A DNA stretch of 64,000 bases from Phoronis australis. Its lineage: Eukaryota > Animalia > Phoronida. Positions 13,701 to 25,300 of this stretch are shown here, in pieces; position 1 is the first letter of the stretch; every line of letters starts with the position of its first letter. Both the position numbers and the translations under genes were made by a program. The stretch is taken from NCBI GenBank assembly GCA_002633005.1, contig NMRA01000016.1, positions 1,047,874 through 1,111,873 on the forward strand. The letters are read 5' to 3'. The notes beneath the pieces are model-generated. The model saw only the letters and a program-made list of their open reading frames with translations. It made no database searches and was not told the origin of the DNA.

Positions 13701-16700
13701 TTAGATGCAATAAAAATATTTTTTAAAATTAAAATAATAAAGATAATGATAAAAAATTTGCAGTCTGAGTGGCAGGAGCTTATTCTTGATTTGCTGCACA
13801 GAGGGAGACCTATAAAATTAGTTTCAATTCTTATAATTACGATACAAAATTACAAAAAAAATTGAAAATCGATCCATAGATTATCTAGAAAGCCTGAAAT
13901 ACATACACATTTAATTCCAACAAAAAAATTTTAATTCCAAGGCAAATAGAAAAAAGTCAAGATGAAAACCTGTGGCTCATACCCTAACTGTTAGCATGGA
14001 AAAACAACATACTTTATAGAATGCATCAATCACAATCCTAAGTTGGCCAAACTTTTCAGTTTCAAACAGTAATTACAGGAGATAAATGTTCATAAGCCAC
14101 GCTGGTGTAGAAGAAACTGTGACATAAGAAATAACTATCAGGACACTGAAAATAGTCTGGCAGTGTTTGTAAACAATGGCTTAGACCAATCAGATAATTC
14201 AGAATCTGTCACGTGATAACTTCTCTAAAACTCAGGGCTTGGAATGACCAATGACAAAAAACGCGGAAACTTTTACGGCCCAAATCATGCGCGCTACCCA
14301 GCCTTGAAATGGTCGATATGAACCTTTCCCCGACAAGAATCGGGTGGACTAAAAAAGAAAAAAAAACAAAAAAAAAACGTTACCACCATCATTGGCATGC
14401 GTCTGCGTCCTTTTAGCTCGTCCGTCCACTCCCAACCCACACATTTTTGGCTGCAGGGCCGTAGTATTTGTCGCCGTGGTTTACAATAACACAAGACGCC
14501 AAAGAAAATCCCACCACGCTATCCCAGATGCCCAGGCAATGTTGACAATTTACGTTCCTCCGAAACATAAAGAGCAACTTCCGCTTTTCGAGGTGAACGT
14601 CATCTACAACGCCGCGGTAAGAAAGGAATTTGCCGCAGAAATTTTATATCAAATCCGATTTTTTTACGCAGAAATATAATAAAATGCGCAGACAGAACAT
14701 TTGAAAAAAGCGGAAATCCGCGTTTCCGCGGAAAATTCCAAGCCCTGAAAACTGCAAAACTCAAGTCACAAAATAGAACACAAAAAATGTCAAAATAAAT
14801 TGAAACACATAAAAGGCATTTGCAGTAACAAAAATAGCACTTTGTATCCCGTTTCGGCAGCACGTAGAAAATCGCACTCAGGCGGTCAGGCCTTAGGGCT
14901 TAGCAGTCAACGGCAACGGGCATGCATGTGGGATCAAACAAAAGAATTTCATACATCACTCACATCCCACGATTCCAATCCAACGAATAACCAGTTATGG
15001 TTGAATTTCCTATCAGGAAGCCTTTGTTATTTCTAGTGTTTCATCGTATTCAGTCAATCCTCCGACTCCAACTTAGTCCGAGATAACTCGTCCACGCACT
15101 CCCTAATTGTTCCTCTCTCAAAGTTTACAGAGCAGAAACCTTGACTTATGTTGTTTGTGAAGACATTGACCATTTCTTTTATCCACTTTTCCACGAACTA
15201 ATATTCTGCCTACTCCACACTCCACGCATTTTTGATCGCAGAATCGCACTATTTATCGCCGCAATTTTATACCAAATGCAGACGCCATCGATGAACCACG
15301 CTATCCCAGGCACAGGCGTTTGAATTTATCTGTTCCTCGATTGCCTCTGACGTCACTCACTACTAAGAAAGCATGTTTCTTGAATATGGTTACGAGTCAT
15401 CGGGAAATTCAAGTGCCTGTGATCCGTAATTACAATTTTCGTTCCTCCGAAACATAAAGAGCAGTTTCCACTTTTCGAGCCGTCGGCAACGCCGCGGTGA
15501 TAAACCAATTTGCTGCTATAATTTTATAGCAAATCCGATTTTTTCCATGGAAGTATAACGAAAATATGCGGAGGGAATAAAAGAAAGAATTGGAAATCCG
15601 TGTTTCCGCGGAAAATTCCAAGCCTTGACTCTGATTATTATTCAAGGTCACACACTGAGTAAGGATATTTCAAACCTTATTAAAAATGTGTTTTACAAAA
15701 TTTCAAATGTCAAGCAAAATACTTTATCTTCATTCTCAGGAAACTTCAAATACGAAATATATACCGTGTAGGGAGAAAGTTGAGAACCAATGCTCCGGTT
15801 CCCCGCATGCCTCTGTGGCTTTGCATTCACGAACACAGCAAGGTGTGAAAAGAGATAAATCCTCCCCCAAATCCACTAATATGATACATAATTTGACATT
15901 TCGCTGTTTTGATCTCATGCTCACCAGGCGCTTTAACTGTTAACTCAATTTTTGTTGTGTTGTCCAATTTCGTACTTGGTTTCATCTCAATGTTCCGGCA
16001 TGTGGTGTGTATAACAGTGAACTGTTGACTTACTTTTAAGAGGGCCAACAGGTAATCCTGCCTTTGGACAGGAGATGGTCACAAAATTAAAACATTTTAA
16101 TGGTAATTAAATTAATTACGCACTGCAAATTCAGTTGACACAGCAAGTGAATGTTGAAATAGCAAACATGGTTAAGGCATATATAACGTAGATTGACCAA
16201 AAAGAAGATCTCATTGAATAATTAAGCAAAGACTGAGAGTTTCGCGTCTCACAACTTGATCAGCTTTTTCTCGGCTTTGGCAAATGGGCTTAATTTAAAC
16301 TTAGGAAAATGGGTCAGTGGATTTTGCCGAAATTTTTTAAACTTAATATTTATTCATCAATCTCAAAACATCTACAAAGACTTACGATATAAAGGCCTAC
16401 TTTTTGCGTGATGTTTTGTAAAAGTACCTTATGTTTTGCAAGCTGATTTGTCATAGGAACCAAACTATGAGACTAATAAAAAATTCCTAACAGCGATTTA
16501 GAGGTAATTGGTGAAGTTTTCATTTAAAAAGGTTTTATCAAAATCAACCAAGAGATTATTTTACTATGAATGCTTTTCTTAAAAATTAAATTTTGACTTT
16601 AAAAAAATGTCAACATAATAATAATTCTGGCACATAAATATAAAAATATTATTATAATCCCTGATCTTTTTTCTTTCAGAAAATATAAAACTTTACTCGT

Positions 16701-17701
16701 TGACAGAGCCAGGTTTTTTACATATGAATTAGAATGGAGGCCACTAAATACGATTTGAGATTAGCCAAATGAAGCATTCCAAACTGGTTTATTTAATTAT
16801 TAGTACATTTCTACTGCCCTGTGCCATTTAATTCATTTCAGTTGCTTTACTGATAAGGAAAGTAGTCTGGCACGTACATATTTGATGACCTTAGAGACAG
16901 GAAGGATGAACAGTCTGAAGACATGAGTGAATACTATGGGTAAAATGTATTAACATGACGCCATGGAACTCACCATCCCATATGTATCAATGCCAGATTG
17001 CATCCTGTTTATATTCAGGAGATCAAAGGCATGTTTCAATGCAGGCCCTAAACTTGTTAAACCATTTGCTTGTAGGTTTTTCAATTCGTGAATAAATGTA
17101 GCATGACTTTCTTTCCAACCAGCCTGGAATAATCAAAGAAAAACAAAACTAAAATGGTTAGAAACTCAGCCACAAGGTGTCAGCAGGATGTTAGTCATAG
17201 TTACCCATAATCCTCTTATTTCAGCCCACAGTTGTGAAAGTATCAATGGCGGAGGTTGTGTTAGAGATCACTGTGCCGCTTTTGTGGAAATATTCAATGA
17301 AAATACCAGCTTGGATTCAAGTATATCTGCTGGAATCAATACCCTTACATTAGTTATCTTCCTACGTGAACGACAAATACTCGAACTGGAGTAAAACTAC
17401 AATAAAAACGATGAAATTGTGCACCTTAATATTCGCTGGGGGATCTTCGAACGTCAGCAGCATGTATCTGTCCCATCTACTTGCTTGATCACGTTGCCGA
17501 AACTAAATAAAATAAAGGCAGATGTTAGTTGCTGATTTGTAAAGTCAAACGAGTCGATTACAGCTGTTCGAGCTAGTGCAAACAAAATACCTTCATGAAA
17601 GTCTCCACTGCAGCTTTTGTGACGTCAAGTGTCGAGGTCCCCATATAAGTCCTCTGATTCATCGAAGCAGAGGTGTCGATGAGAAAAAGAATTATCGTCA
17701 T
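1734..17701 (-). CDS. INTS6: Integrator complex subunit 6 (VWA-domain protein); 5' portion, gene continues beyond position 1
   Basis: GT-AG exons with consistent phases: 17701-17591 (MTIILFLIDTSASMNQRTYMGTSTLDVTKAAVETFMK), 17502-17425, 17123-16974, 12778-12689 (GRCPFYMEPAVIICLTDG), 10274-10091 (ELTKEPFRWDQRLF), 8369-8238, 7724-7686, 7059-6857 (GHWPIPESFWPD), 5898-5746 (PFDKYELEPSPLTQYILER), 5172-5040 (GHPFGYLKAS), 3703-3609, 2793-2683, 1972-1734. Peptides closely match my recollection of INTS6/DDX26. Confidence 0.96.
3386..3652. repeat. 72-bp tandem repeat (~3.7 units) duplicating the 3' end and splice donor of an INTS6 exon
   Basis: ACCCCTGCATAGTAC recurs at 3391, 3463, 3535 and 3607. Confidence 0.92.
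4180..4506. repeat. ~84-bp minisatellite, ~4 units, intronic
   Basis: ATCAACTATTGAAA recurs at 4184, 4268, 4352 and 4437. Confidence 0.9.
8819..9386. mobile_element. MITE with terminal inverted repeats (Harbinger-like ends)
   Basis: GGGCTGTTCCAGTAAAATCTGTATGGG ... CCCACACAGATTTTGCTGGAACAGCCC. Confidence 0.8.
9769..10004. mobile_element. Harbinger-like MITE
   Basis: Imperfect TIRs GCGCCCCGTTCCAAAAAAAACT / AGTTTGTTGGAATGGGTTC flanked by CAG...CAG. Confidence 0.55.
11357..11521. repeat. ~55-bp tandem repeat, 3 units
   Basis: TTTGGTTCAC(C/T)(A/G)CGCTTCATTCTAATTT..TCTTACTTTGAAGT repeated three times. Confidence 0.9.
14233..14747. mobile_element. Non-autonomous hAT-like DNA transposon with 6-bp TSD
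   Basis: TIR CAGGGCTTGGAA...TTCCAAGCCCTG; AAAACT on both flanks; closely similar copy at 53672-54189. Confidence 0.88.
15150..15627. mobile_element. Diverged partial relative of the CAGGGCTTGGAA element
   Basis: Shares TTCCTCCGAAACATAAAGAGCA and right end GTTTCCGCGGAAAATTCCAAGCCTTG; left boundary uncertain. Confidence 0.65.
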
Positions 17702-17789
17702 GGTTTAAATAAACCCCCTAACAAAAGTAAGAAAGGGTTTCTGTATCCAAACTCGACGTAATTGGTGTGCTACGACATGAAAAATGTTC

Positions 17790-18196
17790 CCTCTTTTTTA
17801 ATGGCGGGCCATTCTTGGCTGCCTTTTCAGCAGCTAACACGCCACGAAATTAGGTCACGTGGTATGTCCGCCATGAAACTGTGATTGGTCAGATTCGGTA
17901 AAGGGAGGTATAATTGCCGTTGCTATTCCACGGTGTGAAAATACAAACAGAGGTTCAAAATACCTCAAACATTTCATAACTACGAATTTTAGAAACTTAA
18001 AAAGGAATATTTAAACCGTCGTTTAACCATTTTTCAAAGACTTGTCAAACTTGTTGAATATGTCGCAAATTTAAAGATACCTCCCTTCATTGACAAATGA
18101 GATGACCCGGATGTAAACAATAACAAAGCAACGTGAAAAATCGGATCTGTGACCAAGAAAGTTTATGGCTGTGTATCAAATTCTGCATTGGTGAGT
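17790..18196. promoter_or_regulatory. Putative bidirectional promoter (INTS6 / plus-strand gene) with candidate non-coding first exon
   Basis: Upstream of the INTS6 ATG: YY1-like ATGGCG/CCGCCAT, E-box GTCACGTG and GATTGG (reverse CCAAT); plus-strand donor TG|GTGAGT at 18191. Confidence 0.4.
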
Positions 18197-20481
18197 TAGT
18201 CCGATAATAATTGGAAACACGCCATGAGCGACATGATCGGTGTTTTTTTGGAGGCAGTGCAATATAACACTACTGCACATGCTGACCAGTAATAATCGGC
18301 TTTAGAGATTTGTTAGCCTTATCATTATCTCCTTATCACTAGGTATTAACCGTATTCATAAGCATTATAAGTTCTTCTTCTGATTGATAGTATTACTTCA
18401 TTATTATTATGCCTTTGTATATCATGTTTCATTTGCTAGTTTCTTAGCTCTAAGACATCAGAAGCTGAGGACGCCTGTGGATTACCCACTGGAGCTTCGT
18501 GCTACTGTTTTGTTCATGTCTCACATTGCCATCGTACTTGTTTACTTATTTCTTTAGTCCACCAGTGTACACCAAAAGTTATCATTCTTTGACAGTCATT
18601 TCAACTTGCGTTCATTTTTTCAAAGCTCTATTTTACTCCTACCGAAAGAATTTGCTTGTTGGCTACAGGACCAATTTAAGCCGGCGTGGCACCGGCCTCA
18701 AAAGGCATCAGATCAAACAGATGCGGTGTCGTTTTTTATCGCTGTCTATCACCCAATGTATTAAGTATTTGGTCATTGAAATTGTTGACATGAGCGTCAC
18801 ACAACTGCTACCGTGGAAGTTTTGACCCGGTACGCTCCCACGGAAGTTTGAAAGCAACTGTAGTGGCTCCACCCTACTCGATCTTGTTCTAGTATGGTCA
18901 ACGCTCAGCTAGTGTGTTGTTCGCGATTACTGAGACTAGCCAACGAAAGATGCCTTTTCTGATTACACTTTATGAGTTCACTCCTTTTAACTTTGTAGTC
19001 GCGATGATTTTGTAACAGCTTGAACTGAATTCCGCAACACTAATGAGATTGTTTCATTTTGTGTTTAACCGCCGGCGCTAGTAGAGAAACTAGTACCCTG
19101 CGGGGTTGATGCTTTTTGTACGTTAGTAAATAATAGAAAATGGAATTGTCAATAACTATCGTTAGCTAGATACCCAGATTACCCTTACACTGACTGTAAA
19201 TGTTTATGATTTGTGCGCACTGATGTGCTTCGAGCATGCTCACCAGTAATGAATTACTGGAACTGATTGTGCCCGTGCAGGCATGTCTTGTATAATGCAG
19301 AGATACGGAATTTCCCCTTGTCGGATACTCCGTAATTAAAAGTTTCTTTTTCGCTTGGTAGTATGTTGCTTTCGTCATTTCGTAACCAGCGGTTAACGCC
19401 CGAGAACCCATCTCATAAACCTGCGAAGTGGCGATTTTTAAAAAGCCAATATGTTCTGTTTTGGGAACAAAATTGAGTTGTTGGTGTGTCGTGATGTAGT
19501 TGTGAGAAAGAAAGGAACACGTTACAAGGAACAGCTACAAGGGAGTAGAGGCATGGGGCAGATAAACGAGAAAAAGAATAGATGCCCAATTTTTTTAATG
19601 TACGGGCAAGGATACAAGAATAAAAAGTGGAAGCGCGCGTTTTCATATTTTGTTCCTCTTCTAAAATTTAGGTTCAGTTTGTTTACAACCTTTAGATAAA
19701 AACAACTCATGTCACCATTTCGACGAAAACGAGATAGGCCTACTTCGTCTTCGTGAAAAGGCCTCTTTCGGGAATAACCGGAAGCTCTTCGAATTCGGCA
19801 AGCGAACATCCTAACTATGGTGGCGCTACATGTATATTAAGTAAAATAGGTCTACCCAACTTTGTTACCACTGACTTTCCCGCAGTTAGCTAGCGCGGCG
19901 CAATTAATCAGTATATATTTTTAGAAAAAAGAACAGATTCTGATTCTGCAATCACCATGTCAACATCTGTTACAGGGCGAGAATCAACATTTTCATGCAA
20001 CGTATTTGAGAAGGATATGACTTAACTCGGAATTTGACGTACGAAGAACACAAATAAAATCACGACTAATATTTTCAACTTTTACAAAACATAATTTATT
20101 ATTGATTATGGTGCATTGGGAACATTCGTAATTGCATGATTCGTTGTACTAGGCGCACTTTCCACACTAGAATTGTCAATTGAAAACTGTTCACATTCTT
20201 CCAGTGTCATCACTATTTCTACTTAGTGCTACATCAATTGGTGACCTGTGAAAGTTCAAGGTCCTGACTGGCACTCACTTTAGTTTTCATAACGTCTATG
20301 TCCAGGTTCCTTACACTTCATAGACAGGCTCGATTCTGTATTACCGCCAACGTCTACTCACAAAGCTGTGTGGCTCAAGACACGGTTTACGTAAGTGGAA
20401 GACTCGGGCATGTGACTAATTAAATATAAACTATTAAACAATGTTACAATGACATTTAAAATAGTTTCAGAGTGTAGCACC

Positions 20482-21783
20482 ATGTGGAGTCCTACGAAGA
20501 CTGTGTTGACAGCCACGATTCTTCTGTTCTCCCAGGAGCGATACACTAAAGACCAGTCCGACGGTTGCCCAGTCGCGTGCGAATGTTCATCAGGATGGTT
20601 GCATGATGGGCTCACAGTTGACTGCTCCGGTAGGAATCTGCACGCCATACCCCAACCTCTACACAAGAACACACACACATTGCTTTTGGACAGAAATAGA
20701 CTGACGGACGCCAGCCTGGAGTGGCTGCGAGTAGTAGAGTTGACTGAACTGTCGCATCTCAACTTGAGCAACAACAATATACAGAGGGTCAACGCATGCA
20801 TCTTCGATTTGGCATTCCACAACGTGCTGAATGTGCTCGACATATCTAGGAACCGTCTGACGGCGGTGCCAGCTCACTTGCCTCACTCTATACAACATCT
20901 GTATCTGGCTCATAACCAAATCCAGAAAGTAAACTTTAGTTCATTGATGCACAATCAGTATCTTCAAACATTAGACTTAAAAGACAATATAATAGACGAG
21001 GTGTACAGTGAAAGCCAAGACGTCATGTTTGGGGATCTCCACCTACTTGTCTTGAGCGGCAACAACGTCGGTCATCACACGCTGTCAATGATTGATTGGA
21101 CTCAGTTCCCATCTCTAGAATCTCTTCTTCTAAACAACAACCGTATACATGTCATGTCATCTACGGAAGACATGCCATTGCCCAACTTGAAGACACTAGG
21201 TTTGAGTGGCAACGAGATGATGTATTACACAGGCAATAATTTCATGTCAATGCCATCTCTGACAACACTGCGTTTGCACCACAATAACCTAACAGATATT
21301 CCACAGAACATCATGTCAATCAAAGAACTAGACATGTCTTATAACAGGATTCGTACAGTGAATAGCCAGCACCAGTACATATTCCACATTGCAGATACTG
21401 TCAATTTACTGCACAACCAACTCCACTGTGACTGTGACCTGCTTTGGTTGAAAGCATTGTTACAAGATCACTACTCCAAGCTCTCTACCCATGACCCAAC
21501 CAAAACTGCCCCCATTTGTTCATCACCAAAACATGTGGAGGGTAGATTGATACACACCCTGTCAGCAAGTGATTTGCAGTGTCACCAAGAAACTTGGAAT
21601 CAAGAGAACTTATTGAGCACGTGGAGATCAACTGGTTTGCTCAAGAAAAACAGAGTGGCAGACGTTATATGGTCTTTAGTAGCAATGGCTGCCTCTTCCA
21701 TAGTTATTCTGGTTTATGCATCTGCTAAAAGTCTAGACAGGAAAATGAGTGGCACATCTATTTGTATTCAAGGCAATTTATAG
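20482..21783 (+). CDS. Leucine-rich-repeat type I membrane protein (signal, LRRNT, ~10 LRRs, LRRCT, TM, short tail)
   Basis: ORF 20449-21783; likely start GCACC-ATG at 20482 just after acceptor TTTCAG (20470). CPVACEC..TVDCSGRNLHAIP (LRRNT), LxxLxLxxN repeats, NQLHCDCDLLWLK..CSSP..DLQC (LRRCT), TM VIWSLVAMAASSIVILVYASA. Confidence 0.92.
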   Translation: MWSPTKTVLTATILLFSQERYTKDQSDGCPVACECSSGWLHDGLTVDCSGRNLHAIPQPLHKNTHTLLLDRNRLTDASLEWLRVVELTELSHLNLSNNNIQRVNACIFDLAFHNVLNVLDISRNRLTAVPAHLPHSIQHLYLAHNQIQKVNFSSLMHNQYLQTLDLKDNIIDEVYSESQDVMFGDLHLLVLSGNNVGHHTLSMIDWTQFPSLESLLLNNNRIHVMSSTEDMPLPNLKTLGLSGNEMMYYTGNNFMSMPSLTTLRLHHNNLTDIPQNIMSIKELDMSYNRIRTVNSQHQYIFHIADTVNLLHNQLHCDCDLLWLKALLQDHYSKLSTHDPTKTAPICSSPKHVEGRLIHTLSASDLQCHQETWNQENLLSTWRSTGLLKKNRVADVIWSLVAMAASSIVILVYASAKSLDRKMSGTSICIQGNL

Positions 21784-22319
21784 AACTTTTATTTTTGTGT
21801 CTAATTTACTATTTTTGCAGTTATGAATTTTGAGCTTTACATCATTATTTGAAAGAAGACTATACAAGTGTTTGAAGTGTCGACCAATTGCAGAATTGCG
21901 ACGACGTCAACAGTGCAGGCCACTTTGTTTTCTACAATACAGTACATACAGAAATTTTACGAGAAACCACTTTTAAATACAACACAGCCTTGGAGAGAGT
22001 TTCATGAAACATCGGATGTAGGCATAATCTCAGCCAATCTAAAGATGCCCAGCTCGTAATACCTGCCAGTGATGTGTAAGTGTTTCTTTGGTCAGAATTT
22101 CCAAGTCCTCCAACTTCACTTACTCGCCAACTCTGGAAAATGTTCTCCTGGCATAGTTCAACTTACATGTAACATAAATTTGCAAAAAAGGCACAATTGT
22201 GAGATGGACATTGAGAATAAGATTGTTCAAACATCCCTGCAGTTTTGCAGTGAAGCAGCACTGTGCATGTGATTTATAAGCATTTGATGAATGTTTTTAA
22301 TTCAAAGCCGATGCATGTG

Positions 22320-25300
22320 TTAGCTTGAATCAAAGGCTTTCGAGAACTCCTGCCTGTGACTGATCGTGTAAGGTTCACTTCGTCTGAAGACAGACTCAGG
22401 TGGATCCGTGTGCCGAGGATCATCATAAATAGTGGATATTACAAAGTCACTGGTCTTTTGTCTCTTCCGGCCAATACCAACATAGCGGTTCAATTTTTCG
22501 CCACGGTAACTGTAAAACAACAAACGGGAAGTCAGTAAACAGAGGTAAAAAATTGCGTATAAGCTACAATGGTCAGATCTGATATTGTTATGACAAAGTG
22601 ATCGTTATTTAAAGTCAGAAATGTTACAGGAACAGATCCAAGATCCACCAGGCACTAGGAATTTATGAGAAAGATCACCATTAAGAAAGAGCCCAAGGTT
22701 TGAAAAAAACCCCGTTGGCTCTTTCGGTATCATTTTGACGTATGGCAAGAAGTGCCAAAGAGGATGGAGCATTGGCGATAGTGTGGAAGGAGTGATAGCA
22801 TTATCTATGTGAATGTGTGTGCAAGATTTCTCAATTTTGTTTCTTAAAAGATCCGTTAAAATAAACACTTGTCAACACAGAAATCACAAGATATATTTTA
22901 GTCAAATTTATCAACAAAGCAAACCTCAGCCGGTTATTGAAACCCTGACCATCTGTAGTGTAGTTAGCAATATAAGCACTAATATTATTTTCCAAAAGTG
23001 TTCTGACGGCATTCTGGGCACAAAATCACTACGTGAAAATGGACATTTCTGGAAAAGTCTCCAACTGGCTGTTTCGGAAATTCTACATTTTAAGTGAATT
23101 CGGGCACCTCGGTACTGAATAAGAATTCGTGACACGCCCGACAGTGTAAATCTATAAACAGGTATCTCATACTGACTGGCATGATTTGATATACAAATAT
23201 ACATGTATTTGGTATTCTACCAATTGGAAATTACATATCACTTTCTAGTTACTCAATGTTATATTAACCACGTTACATACCCAAATCCAGACTTATCCCT
23301 GGGTTTCTGCCCCTCATTCTCAAGAGCTTCAGATATCCCAAGATTCGCCACATTTCCAAGACCTTGACCATCTTTCCACCCCTTTTGCTCCATGATCCTA
23401 CGTCCAATTCCCTGAAATGACACCTAAATCTGTTAAAGAACGACAAGCTATAACCCATGTGCTAGCACAGCACTCAACCAACAACAAAAACTTAAGAACT
23501 CTCGCATTCGTCCGGGTTAACCCCATATGCTTTCTAATTGAAGAACTCATAAATTAGGGGGGGGGGTGAATAAAGCTGAACCACGCAGACAATCACGATC
23601 CCAAACTGCCACATTAGTGTCAGCTTACATAACTTGAATAGACATAATACAGTGTTTGTAAGTCACAGGTGCAATCTGTGCGAATTTTGGTTGTTGAAAT
23701 TCTCTGTCGATAGGCGTAGAAACAAGCATTAGGGGCTTTAAAATGAAAATTCCGAAAATTTCTGGGGAGGGTGTTTAGCTAAATATGGGCGTTATGCAGG
23801 ACGAGAGCACTATTTTAATTTTCAATTTCAACTCCTGTAACCAAAAGAATTTAACGGAATTTGTCAGTTGTGATCAAAAGGTTAAAATTTGTAAGAAAAT
23901 GCAAATTTGCTGCAAACTGCATCACCATTCACACCAGTCACAAAAAATAAAATAAAAATTCAAAGCTCCTTGTAATGCCACTCTTAATTTTTTTCAGTCT
24001 GGATCCACTTTCACTTTGAACTATGATTCTGAATTTCCCTAATTAAAAAAATAACCAAATGGCATTCATTGAATGTTTTGAGGCAAGAATTGTTGCTACA
24101 AACTTGCTTCATTCTAGTTTGATGATGGCAATAATGACTTGGCTTAATTAATACTATGCACGGCTTTAGTTGCAAAGTGGACCCGCCGAAAATTCTAAGC
24201 AAGCTCGTCATTTTGAATTGCGATTTCTCCTTGACAATAACTACCTTAGTGTACTTCTCAAACTTTCCAATGCCACTACTTTCTCCTTTCTTTCTAAACA
24301 CGCTGTCTAGAACCAATCCTTCCCTTCTCTGCTTTTCTCTCCTCATCTGCACATAGTCACGTGAGTCTTTGTCACCGCCATTCTCCTCGTAATACACAGA
24401 CATGTCCACGTCCCAGTCATCTGCTGTTTGTTCATCAAAGTCTGAAACCAGACATGTAACTGGATCATGAGACATTTTAATAGACCAGTAATGAACTGTT
24501 TTAGTAAGTGATACCAACAATTCAATATTTGGTGACTAATCAGTAATTCTTCCTATGTGTATTTTCTGTAAGAGGAAGCCTGAGACTTTGTTTCTTTTAT
24601 ACTAGGAGCGTGACGTTGTTTAAAACGTTTGGAACACTATAGAGAACTGGGTTAAAAACAGAACCAACACCTCTCTAGGTACAAATACAGTCACGTCACT
24701 ATTTGGCAACAGATGTAGAAACCACCCAGGTCAACACTCAATTTTATGTATTTGAAATTCCACTCACATAAGCAATGACACAATGTAAACCTCCAAATTT
24801 AGCCATCTTGCAAAAAAGAAATAGACTGCTACTACTATTCCGAGAAATATCATATAAAACATCTTTTACGATGAATCATGATCAACCCTCATAGTCTGTA
24901 TTCTGTACATCAAGTAACATCCTACACCCACCCCCAGCCTCTCTCTCCTCCCAGAACTGTGCATCGGTGTAAAACACTAGGCCACTGCCNAATGTTTCAG
25001 ATTCAAAACTTTGTGATGTCAGTGTTGCTACGATAAAATAGCAAATAAGAAATAATCTTTAGTTAACATTTTGGTTTTAGACCATTCAGAAATTCAGTCC
25101 TGTACACTAAAACGGTTCATTAGCTACTGCAAACATGACTTGATCCAGTTTAAGTTGACCTAATCATCATTGCATGGGCTTAAGACTTAAGAAGCGCAAA
25201 AACACACACATCTCCAGAATCGGGATCCTGTTGTCTGTTTCTTTCCGTTTCTTTTTCTTCCTCTTCCAGTTCTTTCAATTTTTCTCTCTCCTTTGCTTTC

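Noticed and set aside
20358-20919. Minus-strand ORFs of 161 and 86 aa
   Set aside because: Antisense shadows of the LRR gene; likewise 47268-47648 (FN3 gene) and 25174-25494 (GPATCH3)
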